From positions 3,241 to 53,529 of the forward strand of contig DEIQ01000069.1 in NCBI GenBank assembly GCA_002352565.1: 50,289 nt of DNA. Direction: 5' to 3'. How positions within the stretch are numbered: the stretch's first letter is position 1; each line of letters begins with the position of its first letter. The notes below the pieces were generated by a model that ran no database searches, was not told the DNA's origin, and worked only from the letters and a program-made list of their open reading frames with translations. Origin of the DNA: Proteobacteria bacterium UBA2770. Its GTDB lineage: Bacteria; Pseudomonadota; Gammaproteobacteria; UBA2770. Below are positions 18,139 through 26,932 of the stretch, one piece after another. The position numbers and the translations under genes were made by a program.

Positions 18139-19115
18139 GCACGTTCATTCAAAACCGCGAACCAGAACAGGTTGAGCAACCGCAGCAGGCTTTTTGTAAC
18201 AGCGTTGTGGCAAGTTTGCTTGCATCACCCAAAACCATCGCCAGCAAATGGTTCTACGATGCGCGGGGATCTGCGCTGTTCGAGCAGATTTGCCGCCAAC
18301 CGGAATATTACCCGCCTCGTTGTGAAATGGAAATTCTGCGCAGTCATCAGCAGGATATCGCCGCTCTGATCGGGTTTGACTCCACCATCATTGAGCCAGG
18401 AAGCGGTAGCAGCAGTAAAATCGATCTGTTGCTTTCCGCTACTAACGCCCGGCGCTATCTGGCGGTTGATATAAGCCCTGCGGCGCTTCAGTCCATCGAA
18501 AAACGTTTGCGCGACGCTCACCCTTCATTACACATTCAGACCATCTGCGCAGATTACAGCAACGGTCTGGAGAATCTGGAAAACTGTCTGCCGGCTCGCG
18601 GTCGTCGGCTTTTATTTTATCCGGGTTCAACTCTAGGCAATTTCGATCCGTGGGCAGCCGCCACTTTCCTCAGACAATGGCACCGGTTATTGAGAGTAGG
18701 GGATGGTTTGCTGCTCGGCATTGATCTACATAAACCCGCGAGCATTCTCGAAGCGGCGTATAACGATAAAGAGGGTGTAACAGCCCGCTTCAATCTGAAT
18801 TTGACCGAACGCATCAGGCAGGCATTCAATATCAACATTCCCGGAGATGCCTTTACCCATAAGGCTTTCTACAATGAGCCTTCAAGACGTATCGAAATGC
18901 ATCTGCAATGCCGTCACGCGCTCACGCTGGATCTGGCGGGAACCTGCATCAAATTTGCCGCCAATGAAACCATTCACACGGAAAACTCATATAAATACAC
19001 GCCCTTGGTGCTCAAACGCCTTCTGAACGGCAGCGGCTTTAGCCCGACCGCCTTCTGGCATGACACACGGCATTGGTTCGGACTTTGTTACGCAACAGTT
19101 CTGCCAAATCCTTAG
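18135..19115 (+). CDS. egtD: L-histidine N-alpha-methyltransferase EgtD
   Basis: KWFYDARGS.LFE.I...EYYP.R.E..IL, a SAM-binding EPGSGSS motif, and a C-terminal SYKY motif. ATG 18135 overlaps the egtB stop (ATGA). Confidence 0.85.
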   Translation: MSTFIQNREPEQVEQPQQAFCNSVVASLLASPKTIASKWFYDARGSALFEQICRQPEYYPPRCEMEILRSHQQDIAALIGFDSTIIEPGSGSSSKIDLLLSATNARRYLAVDISPAALQSIEKRLRDAHPSLHIQTICADYSNGLENLENCLPARGRRLLFYPGSTLGNFDPWAAATFLRQWHRLLRVGDGLLLGIDLHKPASILEAAYNDKEGVTARFNLNLTERIRQAFNINIPGDAFTHKAFYNEPSRRIEMHLQCRHALTLDLAGTCIKFAANETIHTENSYKYTPLVLKRLLNGSGFSPTAFWHDTRHWFGLCYATVLPNP

Positions 19116-19125
19116 CAGCCTGTTA

Positions 19126-19283
19126 GGGCGCCTCTGATTAAGTCATGAACCCGGTTCTTGCGTCCCTTATGCCCACTTCATTGTTAACAATCTTCGCAAC
19201 AGACCCTGCAATTATCGTCTCGAATCTGATCTGAACATGGGGAATCACACCTGAGCTTCGCCCAGACTTGATCATAGGCTCCC
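19126..19283 (-). repeat. MITE-like TIR element, copy A (inverted relative to copies B and C)
   Basis: Terminal inverted repeats GGGCGCCTCTGATTAAGTC / GACTTGATCATAGGCTCCC. The interior is near-identical to 26933-27090 over the ~70 nt nearest one end. It fills the gap between the convergent egtD and GGDEF stops. Confidence 0.8.
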
Positions 19284-21112
19284 TAAAATGATTCCAAAGA
19301 ATCAACAGTGCCACCTTCAAACGGATCCTCACAGCAAATTCGGTTTCTACCTTGTTCTTTAGCTTGGTACAGGCATCGATCCGCCCGCCATTGCCAAGTA
19401 TAAATCGTTTTTATCTGCAAAGGGACTTTCCCACCCGCAATACCGATTGAAACCGTGATCGACCACCCAACCAAATCAATGCGTTCGTTCTCTACCATAC
19501 GTCTTAATCGTTCACCGGCCAGGCTCGCAGATCGCAGATCGGCGCCAAAAAGAAGCACCATGAATTCTTCCCCGCCCCAGCGAACCTTCAAATCCTCATC
19601 GCGGAAACAGCGTATTAGAATCTCCGCCAGGCGCCGCAGAACTTCATCGCCAGCCCTATGACCATATGCATCATTGATGCGTTTGAAATGATCAACATCG
19701 ATTATCAGCACGCAAATTTTCATCCCGGCATGCTGCGCTCGGGATAAGAAACCGGGAAGCAACTGGTGAAATCCATGCCGGTTGTACAGACCGGTAAGCT
19801 GATCGGTCATAGCCTTCGAAATAAGGTCGTGTTGATGCACCAGAAAGCGCAATCTTGCTCCGAGCAAAGGCAGAAGCACTTCCCAGCTCCGAGGCCCATC
19901 AGACTCATCCCTTCGAATAAACAAAGTACCCACCGGACCTTCCTGATCTCTCAATGGGAGACTCATTAATGGCATCCGATGCACCTCTTGTGAGGCATCA
20001 TTCTGCATAGACAGATCCGGGACGTCCCCAATGCAGCGATTACCACGGTCAACGATACGTAAACCCACGATGCGATCATCAAAATCCTTTAATTGATCAA
20101 ACATTTTTTGCAATGTTTGCGCCGGATTAGGTTCCTGAATGGAAATGCGACTAATATTATCCAGAAGTTTCAACCAGCGCTGCAGCCTGCCTTCGGTCTG
20201 CAAAGAGCGCTGGTCAAGCGCACGTACCAATACGATGGTGCATAAAAAACCGACTGCTGTACCCGCCAGAACCCAGAGCACAAAGAATGTGGACTGAGCC
20301 TCCTGCCCCACATTCAGGCCATGTAAACTGAGCACTCCGGCCAGCCAGGACAATTGGAGTCCCCCGATAGCAAGAATAAAAGGCCATATCCCAAGATGCC
20401 AGTAACGGGCTTCTGCCAGAACTCCGACACCCATAAGCAAATTGCTGAGCGTGTAAATGACCATAAACTGGGGAAACATACTCTGCTTAAGCAATAAGGC
20501 ATCCACCAAGCCCAGACCGGCTGCCAGCCAGTTGAGAACAAAAGCCAAAGCGAGCAAGAGCCGCCCCTGATATCCATGCCCCGTCAAAGATCGCTCCAGT
20601 GATGGTAGCAATATGAGCAGAACCAGCAGAGAGCCAAAGGGAAAGATCAGCGCCCACACGGATAAATGCCCATATTCATTGACGCCAAGCACTACAAACA
20701 TCACCGTTGCGATAGTAAATATCAGCCCGGTAATTCCGATACTCCATGTCCAGCGACGCGGCTTTATTTGACTGGCAAGATAAGCCCACGGCCCATAGCC
20801 TGCCAGAACGATCAGTTCTCCCAATTGATCAAGGTTCAGGAATACGTCAACCAAAACTCCCGCCAGAATGAATCCAAGACCAAGCGAGCCCAACCGGTAT
20901 ATGCCACCGGCACTGAAAGCCGCTATTATCCCTCCCAGGATAGCCATCACCAGGATGATTCCTGAACCTGGCAGCCCCGCCAGCATGACCCAAAATGCCG
21001 CGATTAATGCCAGCGCCGTTAAAGCCATCCAGGATAAAATAGCCTTGCGCTGCTTTTCCTGATTCACTCTCAATTCGCCATAATGTGTAGAAACGGCATC
21101 ATTAGCTTTCAT
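19283..21112 (-). CDS. membrane-anchored diguanylate cyclase (GGDEF)
   Basis: 609 aa. About 10 N-terminal TM helices, a linker/sensor region, and a C-terminal GGDEF domain with an intact GGEEF active site and an RxxD-like I-site context. Confidence 0.9.
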   Translation of the reverse strand: MKANDAVSTHYGELRVNQEKQRKAILSWMALTALALIAAFWVMLAGLPGSGIILVMAILGGIIAAFSAGGIYRLGSLGLGFILAGVLVDVFLNLDQLGELIVLAGYGPWAYLASQIKPRRWTWSIGITGLIFTIATVMFVVLGVNEYGHLSVWALIFPFGSLLVLLILLPSLERSLTGHGYQGRLLLALAFVLNWLAAGLGLVDALLLKQSMFPQFMVIYTLSNLLMGVGVLAEARYWHLGIWPFILAIGGLQLSWLAGVLSLHGLNVGQEAQSTFFVLWVLAGTAVGFLCTIVLVRALDQRSLQTEGRLQRWLKLLDNISRISIQEPNPAQTLQKMFDQLKDFDDRIVGLRIVDRGNRCIGDVPDLSMQNDASQEVHRMPLMSLPLRDQEGPVGTLFIRRDESDGPRSWEVLLPLLGARLRFLVHQHDLISKAMTDQLTGLYNRHGFHQLLPGFLSRAQHAGMKICVLIIDVDHFKRINDAYGHRAGDEVLRRLAEILIRCFRDEDLKVRWGGEEFMVLLFGADLRSASLAGERLRRMVENERIDLVGWSITVSIGIAGGKVPLQIKTIYTWQWRADRCLYQAKEQGRNRICCEDPFEGGTVDSLESF

Positions 21113-21398
21113 GCATCCATCCTTATGACTGAATGATACGGATTTGTTATCTCTTCATCGAACCAATCATTGTTCTGAAGAACAGATATGCTTTTTGATT
21201 GTAAAACTCTATCCATGGATAGAAATGTCGTAGTACCCGGCCCATGAAATAACAATGTGTGGCTGAAATATTCTGCGGATTTTCTGCAATTCCATGGGAA
21301 CAAGGCAAGCACCCTATGTCGAACCATCGGCGCGAGAAGGCACTCAATGAAAATCATGGCGCAAAGATAACACAGTATCTCTATCCGTCAGGACAACA

Positions 21399-22301
21399 TT
21401 ATTCCGGGTCATCTTTCTCACGGTCAAGAACGATGTAGACAAGTGTGGTGATCTGCTCGGATAACAAACCAATACTCAGCAACAAGATGGCTCCGGACAG
21501 AAGCAACAACCCCATATTGGTAAAACGACCGTCTGTTAAATAGGTGTAGGAATAATAAGCCAGGCCGATCAAAAGAGAACTGGCGCTTAAAGGCGCAAAA
21601 ATTTTCAGAGGCGAATAAAGCGTGCCAATGCGTATGATGATTAGCAAAAAGCGAATACCATCTTTCAAAGGATGAATATGGCTTTTCTGACCCTCAGAAC
21701 GTTTCAGAACTTCCACAGGCATATAGGCTACTGAAAATCCACTGCGCAGAAAAGCCATGGTAATAGTTGCAGGGTATGAAAATCCATTCGGCAACAAGGG
21801 TAAAAAACGTCTGAATTGATCAGCGCGCATGATTCTGAAACCACTGGTAAGATCCAATATCGTTTGCCCACTCATCCAGCTTGCAAAACGATTGAAAATT
21901 CTGTTGGCCAGCAATCGCCCCCAGTTTGCCTGATCCAACGATGAACGGGCACCGACCACCATATCATGACCTGAAGCAAAGCCCGTCAGCAATCTGGCGA
22001 TTTCTTCGGGTTGATGCTGCCCATCGGCATCCATCATGACCAGATAACGCCCCCGAGCTGCGCGAGCACCGCTTTTGATCGCGGCGCCATTTCCCAGACC
22101 CTGTGGATGACGTATATATTGCACCGGCCATTGCTGGCAAACCATCGCAGTATGATCGGTGGAGCCATCATCCACCACAATGATTTCCGCATCAGTCATG
22201 CATTCAACCAGTCGGGGCAATAGTTTCTCGAGATTAGAGGCCTCATTACGAGCCGGTAGAATGATAGAGATTTCGGTATATTCCGCGGATCGTTCCTTCA
22301 T
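21399..22301 (-). CDS. family 2 glycosyltransferase, polyprenyl-phosphate sugar transferase type (GtrB/ArnC-like)
   Basis: 300 aa. ILPARNE start, DDGSTD, and MDADGQH (the DXD region), then two C-terminal TM helices as in GtrB-like enzymes. Confidence 0.85.
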   Translation of the reverse strand: MKERSAEYTEISIILPARNEASNLEKLLPRLVECMTDAEIIVVDDGSTDHTAMVCQQWPVQYIRHPQGLGNGAAIKSGARAARGRYLVMMDADGQHQPEEIARLLTGFASGHDMVVGARSSLDQANWGRLLANRIFNRFASWMSGQTILDLTSGFRIMRADQFRRFLPLLPNGFSYPATITMAFLRSGFSVAYMPVEVLKRSEGQKSHIHPLKDGIRFLLIIIRIGTLYSPLKIFAPLSASSLLIGLAYYSYTYLTDGRFTNMGLLLLSGAILLLSIGLLSEQITTLVYIVLDREKDDPE

Positions 22302-22526
22302 TCAGGCATCCAACTTTCTGCGAAATAATAAAAAGTCGGAATCATACGCCAGAATAACGTTCTGCGCAAAACCATCTTTTTGATTCATGCCGACTTTATT
22401 CTTCGCGCCCAAACGGGCATTCATAACGGGCGCCGAAGACAAAATAGAACCCATAGGACAGGAACGATCAAATATCATTGCCGATTTCCCTTGCCAATAT
22501 TTTCATGCCTCAATCGGATATACAGA

Positions 22527-22600
22527 TGGAGCGGGTGATGGGAATCGAACCCACGTCGTCAGGTTGGGAACCTGATGCTCTACCATTGAGCTACACCCGC
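22527..22600 (-). tRNA. tRNA-Gly (anticodon CCC)
   Basis: The reverse complement folds as acceptor GCGGGTG/CACCCGC, anticodon stem TCAGG/CCTGA with loop TTCCCAA, T-loop TTCGATT, discriminator U, and an encoded CCA. A perfect TATAAT (rc of 22619-22624) lies 18 nt upstream. Confidence 0.9.
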
Positions 22601-22707
22601 CTGTAATCGTTCTTGGGGATTATACGCCTTCTTTGCCAGATTGTAGTTCACATAGATCGTTGGATTAATCCATCATTGAGTTATTGAGTCCTTTGCATAA
22701 AAGCCAA

Positions 22708-22892
22708 GGAACCTCTGAACAAGTCTGGACGAAGGTGATTGTGATTTCCCATGTTCAGATTCTCGGGATAAATTGCGCGGGTTAGCAGGGCTATTGCGAA
22801 GATTGTCCACAATGAAGCCGGGCATAAGGGGCGCAAGCGGGTTCGACTTTGCTCACCGCAGGCACCGGGTTCATGACTTGATCAGAGCTTCC
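22708..22892 (+). repeat. MITE-like TIR element, copy B (carries a ~27-nt internal expansion)
   Basis: Ends GGAACCTCTGAACAAGTC / GACTTGATCAGAGCTTCC. It is collinear with copy C except for extra sequence, CGGGTTCGACTTTGCTCACCGCAGGC, before ACCGGGTTCATGA. Confidence 0.8.
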
Positions 22893-22982
22893 CTAAGATA
22901 AAGCGGCTGGAGCAGGTTCAACACAAACCTGGATCTACCAAAAAAGCGAGAATTTCAGTACTGAAAGGCATATACGTTGAGA

Positions 22983-23714
22983 TCAGGGGTGGTTTGATTT
23001 CTTTTGCCTGACACCATGAAGGATATAATTGATTGCAGTTCCGGGAGCGATGCAATAACGGCGGCTGAAAACACGGTAATGCATTCCAATTGTGTGGATG
23101 GTTTCAAGACCGGCTTTTTCCGCCCAGCCACCGAGTTCCTCTGGCTTGACCAACTGGCTGTAGTGATGGGTGCCCACGGGTAGCCAACGCAGTATATATT
23201 CAGCACCGATGATCGCCATCAAATATGCGCGCCATGTACGATTGATGGTGGCGAAAAATACCATTCCGCCGGGTTTGCACAATTGCACACAACTCGCCAC
23301 CAGCAATTGCGGATCAGACACATGTTCCACCACTTCCATACATATCACCCGATCATAAGATTCAGGGCTGGTGGTCAGGAATGCCTCAGCACTGGAAACC
23401 CGGTAATCAATATCCAACCCTTCTTTAAGGGCGTGATTGCGCGCGCATCCTATGCCTGAATCAGACAGATCAATCCCGGTGACACAAGCGCCCTTCCTGG
23501 CCATGCCTTCGCTGAGTATACCGCCGCCACAACCGACATCCAGAACCCTTTGATCTTGATCCAGTGGCGCGCGCCGATCAATATAATCCAAACGCAGCGG
23601 ATTGATGGCGTGCAATCCGTGGCATGGGCCATGTGGATCCCACCAGGAAGCAGCCAGCTTATCGAATCTGGCCAGTTCTTGCGCCTGCAACTCACGTTTG
23701 TGGTTTTTATTCAA
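22983..23714 (-). CDS. ubiG: bifunctional 3-demethylubiquinol / 2-polyprenyl-6-hydroxyphenol O-methyltransferase UbiG
   Basis: 243 aa. KF...A..WWDP.GP...LH.INP.R..YI, and the SAM motif VLDVGCGGGILSE. The only in-frame start in the ORF is TTG (23714), so the start is uncertain. Confidence 0.85.
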   Translation of the reverse strand: MNKNHKRELQAQELARFDKLAASWWDPHGPCHGLHAINPLRLDYIDRRAPLDQDQRVLDVGCGGGILSEGMARKGACVTGIDLSDSGIGCARNHALKEGLDIDYRVSSAEAFLTTSPESYDRVICMEVVEHVSDPQLLVASCVQLCKPGGMVFFATINRTWRAYLMAIIGAEYILRWLPVGTHHYSQLVKPEELGGWAEKAGLETIHTIGMHYRVFSRRYCIAPGTAINYILHGVRQKKSNHP

Positions 23715-23759
23715 TGGATCATGGCCGCCCGGTGCTGATGAAACCTCTACAGAGGCTCC

Positions 23760-24200
23760 TTATGGGTGATCAAAAGCCTGTTCAAAAAATTCCAGAGTGC
23801 GGCGTCAGGAATCTTGATCGGCTTTCGCATCATAACCCAATGGCAGTTTGAAGCAGCTGGCGTAATCATCAAGCAGCCGGATTGGTGAAGCTATGCGCCA
23901 CACCAGGGTAAATCACCATTTCCAGCCATGCTTCCCTGTCGCGCATGTCTTGTGTAAATGTCGGCAACTGTTCATCGGTCACAAACTGATCCGCTCCGCC
24001 ATGAAATACCAGGACTTGCGGAGCAAGCCCTGGTTGGAGCGGATTGAAGAGCCTGCCAGGCTGCCATGAAAACTCACCGCGGCATCAAGATCCAAGCCAC
24101 GGCGCGAGAGCCAGTGCAAAAGTTGCTTTTAAGCCGGTGGCGACATGCAATCCGAGAAAATTCATCAAACGTGCAGCAATCTGCATCTCGCTCCCCGGTG
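23760..24200 (-). pseudogene. dienelactone hydrolase-family gene remnant (N-terminally truncated, several frameshifts and stops)
   Basis: Minus-strand pieces fall in three frames: DLDAAVSFHGSLAGSS; LAPQVLVFHGGADQFVTDEQLPTFTQDMRDREAWLEMVIYPGVAHSFTNPAA then a stop; and YDAKADQDS, a stop, then LEFFEQAFDHP. No continuous ORF exists, and the upstream part is replaced by the 3' end of the acyl-CoA synthetase gene. Confidence 0.6.
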
Positions 24201-24210
24201 AATAGCTGCA

Positions 24211-25758
24211 TCAAATCCTGCGTTCACTGTTTTCCCAGTAGGGATCACGCAACAGACGTTTGTACAGCTTGCCCGTGGGCAGCCGCGGCAGTGCATCGGT
24301 GAAATCGATGTTTTTGGGCAATTTGAAGCGTGCGATTTTCTTCCCGGCAAATTCCAATAATTCTTCACACAGGGCATCATCACCCTCGATGCCAGACTTG
24401 AGCTCGACAACGGCTTTGAGCGACTCGCCCCATTCTTCATCCGGAATACCGAAAACCGCCACATCACCCACGGACGGATGTTGAGAAAGTGCGGCCTCGA
24501 CTTCGGCAGGATAAATGTTAACCCCGCCGGAAATGACCAGATCAGCCTTGCGATCACATAGATACAGATAGTTATCTTCGTCGAAATACCCAATATCGCC
24601 TACGGTGAACAGCTTCCCTTTGCGACTGCCTTCTGTTTTATCTTTGTCCTTGAAATATTCAAATTCACCGATCATGGAACTCATAAAAACGGAACCCTGC
24701 TCTTTGGTCGCCAGTTCATTACCATCATCATCAAGAATTTTGATGGTGGAGCCAGGCCATGGTTTGCCGACCGAACCGGGATGTTCGAGCCATTCTTTGG
24801 AATCGATGATGGTTCCGCCACCTTCGGTGGCGCCATAATACTCATAAATGACCGGGCCAAACCACTCGATGATCTTTTGCTTGGTTTCCCGCGGACAAGG
24901 AGCTGCGCCATGAATCACGGTTTCGAGACTCGAAAGATCGTAGCGTTGCTTCACATCGTCGGGCAGATGCAACAGGCGCTGGAACATAATAGGCACCATA
25001 TGCATCGAGGTGACACGATAACGCTCAATTACCTCGAGCATGCCATCGGGCGTCCATTTATCCATAAGTACCAGCGTTTGCCCGGTTTGCAGTGCCGCCA
25101 TGGAAATACCACCCGGCGCGGCATGGTAGAGTGGCCCGGTCGTCAGATGGATGCCGTCGCCCGGTTTGATACGGAACATCTGGCTCATGAGCAGATACAT
25201 CTGCCCGGCGCTTTCCGGCGTGCCGCCGAATAAAGGTCTGCGCACTCCTTTAGGTCGCCCGGTGGTGCCAGAGGTATAAAGCATGAGTTGCCCCGGAGAA
25301 CGATCTTCCGGAAGTGCTGCTGATTGCCCCTCGAATAATTCCGAATAGCTACGAAAACCTTCCGTCGCGCCTACGGAAAACATACGCTGCGGATTATAAT
25401 TCAATTCCTTGGCTGCTTCGATGGCAGCCTGACCAAAGCGCTCATGCGCCACGAATACATTGGCTTCGCTGTTTTGCACGATATAGGCGATTTCGGGGCC
25501 GGCAAGATGATAATTGATGGCGGTGACATACAAGCCCAGCTGATAGGTCGCAAGAAACAACTCGACCCAAGCAGTATCATTAGGCATGACCATCGCCACG
25601 CCATCGCCCCGTTTCAAGCCCAGGGATTGCAAGCCACGGGCAACCTGATTCGTTCGTTCCGCGAGTTCCTTGAAAGTATATTCCTTGCCTTCAGCCGAAA
25701 CCAGAGCCAGTCTTTCAGGCTCCTTTTCCGCCCATTGCCATACACCGATCGTACTCAT
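24211..25758 (-). CDS. AMP-dependent acyl-CoA synthetase (FadD-like)
   Basis: AMP-binding motifs [47 protein letters not shown], and LPRLPTGKLYKR. ATG 25758 has a strong AAGGAGGAGAGG SD, so I prefer it to TTG 25785. Confidence 0.85.
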   Translation of the reverse strand: MSTIGVWQWAEKEPERLALVSAEGKEYTFKELAERTNQVARGLQSLGLKRGDGVAMVMPNDTAWVELFLATYQLGLYVTAINYHLAGPEIAYIVQNSEANVFVAHERFGQAAIEAAKELNYNPQRMFSVGATEGFRSYSELFEGQSAALPEDRSPGQLMLYTSGTTGRPKGVRRPLFGGTPESAGQMYLLMSQMFRIKPGDGIHLTTGPLYHAAPGGISMAALQTGQTLVLMDKWTPDGMLEVIERYRVTSMHMVPIMFQRLLHLPDDVKQRYDLSSLETVIHGAAPCPRETKQKIIEWFGPVIYEYYGATEGGGTIIDSKEWLEHPGSVGKPWPGSTIKILDDDGNELATKEQGSVFMSSMIGEFEYFKDKDKTEGSRKGKLFTVGDIGYFDEDNYLYLCDRKADLVISGGVNIYPAEVEAALSQHPSVGDVAVFGIPDEEWGESLKAVVELKSGIEGDDALCEELLEFAGKKIARFKLPKNIDFTDALPRLPTGKLYKRLLRDPYWENSERRI

Positions 25759-25831
25759 GCCTCTCCTCCTTGAGATTCCGTCCAACCATATTAATAATAA
25801 CTATAGACGATTCCATTTCCAAAGGCCAACG

Positions 25832-25997
25832 CTACTCACTAGTAAGAACAACTGCCGCTTCCCCGATCCACATAATACGCTGGCTGCCTCGGAACATCCC
25901 CTGACCAACCCGGCCGTGCGCCTGATACAGGTCGATATAATCCATCCCAAAATGATCGTAAAGCAGGTATAGGCCGTTATCAGCAAACAACCCATAT
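25832..25997 (-). pseudogene. aldo/keto reductase gene fragment
   Basis: The spacer between the purC stop and the acyl-CoA synthetase start translates (minus strand) to ..FGMDYIDLYQAHG..GSQRIMWIGEAA... DYIDLYQxH is the AKR signature. There is no start or N-terminal domain, and only about 55 codons remain. Confidence 0.4.
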
Positions 25998-26918
25998 TCA
26001 TTCCGGCTGTTTGAGTAAACGTTGCGCCACGGAAGCATAGGCTTCGCTGGTCTGCGCGATGATATCAGGCGGAAGAGCCGGAGGCGGCGGTTGTTTGTTC
26101 CAACCTGATTGCTCCACGTAGTTGCGTATAATCTGCTTGTCCAAACTGGGTGCCAGCATGCCGGGATGCCAGCTTTCTTCAATCCAGAAACGGCTGGAAT
26201 CGGGTGTCAGCAATTCATCGATTAAAAACAGTTTTCCTGCTGCATCAAGCCCGAACTCGAATTTGGTGTCGGCCAGAATCAAACCGCGTCTGCGCGAATA
26301 ATCATGCGCGAAGTGATAAATTTCCAAGCTAATGCCTTCGATGCGCTTGGCCAGATCCGCGCCAATCAACTGCCCGGCCTGCTCGGAAGTAATATTGACA
26401 TCATGAGCGCCAGCCGGCGCTTTGGTGGCTGGAGTAAATAAGGGAGTGGGCAAAGCGCCACTTTCGAGCAGCCCCGAAGGCAAAGCATTGCCTGCCAGTT
26501 TCCCGCTGACACGGTATTCATTCCAGCCCGAACCCGCCAGATACCCGCGTACAACGGCTTCGATGGGAATCGGCTGAAGCTTTTGCACCACCATGGCACG
26601 CGAAGCCCAGGGTTCGTCACAGCCATAACGAGCCAGAATTGCATACGGCGATTGATCAAGACCATGATGCGCAACAATGTGATGGACAAGTCCAAACCAA
26701 TGGCGACTGAGACGAGTCAATATTTTCCCCTTGCCCGGTATCGGATCGGAAAATACCACATCAAACGCCGAGACCCGGTCGGTTGCAACCATCAGCAGGG
26801 ATTTCTCGTCTAAAAGATAAGTGTCCCGCACTTTGCCGCGATGAAACAGTGGCAATCCTGGAATCTGCGCATCAACAAGGATATCGTCGTCCATCATGGC
26901 ATCCCAACCTGATCGCAT
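25998..26918 (-). CDS. purC: phosphoribosylaminoimidazole-succinocarboxamide synthase (SAICAR synthetase)
   Basis: GKVRD.Y......L.VATDR.SAFD, LADTKFEFG, and LIDE.LTPDSSRFW. The start may be the internal MMDDD.. (26897) rather than 26918. Confidence 0.9.
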   Translation of the reverse strand: MRSGWDAMMDDDILVDAQIPGLPLFHRGKVRDTYLLDEKSLLMVATDRVSAFDVVFSDPIPGKGKILTRLSRHWFGLVHHIVAHHGLDQSPYAILARYGCDEPWASRAMVVQKLQPIPIEAVVRGYLAGSGWNEYRVSGKLAGNALPSGLLESGALPTPLFTPATKAPAGAHDVNITSEQAGQLIGADLAKRIEGISLEIYHFAHDYSRRRGLILADTKFEFGLDAAGKLFLIDELLTPDSSRFWIEESWHPGMLAPSLDKQIIRNYVEQSGWNKQPPPPALPPDIIAQTSEAYASVAQRLLKQPE

Positions 26919-26932
26919 TCTGAATTTTTAGC

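Noticed and set aside
19138-19332. 64-aa ORF, and similar ORFs at 26872-27060 and 22955-23206, overlapping the TIR elements
   Set aside because: The three element copies differ by indels that are not multiples of three, and the shared segment is read in different frames in different copies. The repeat is therefore non-coding.
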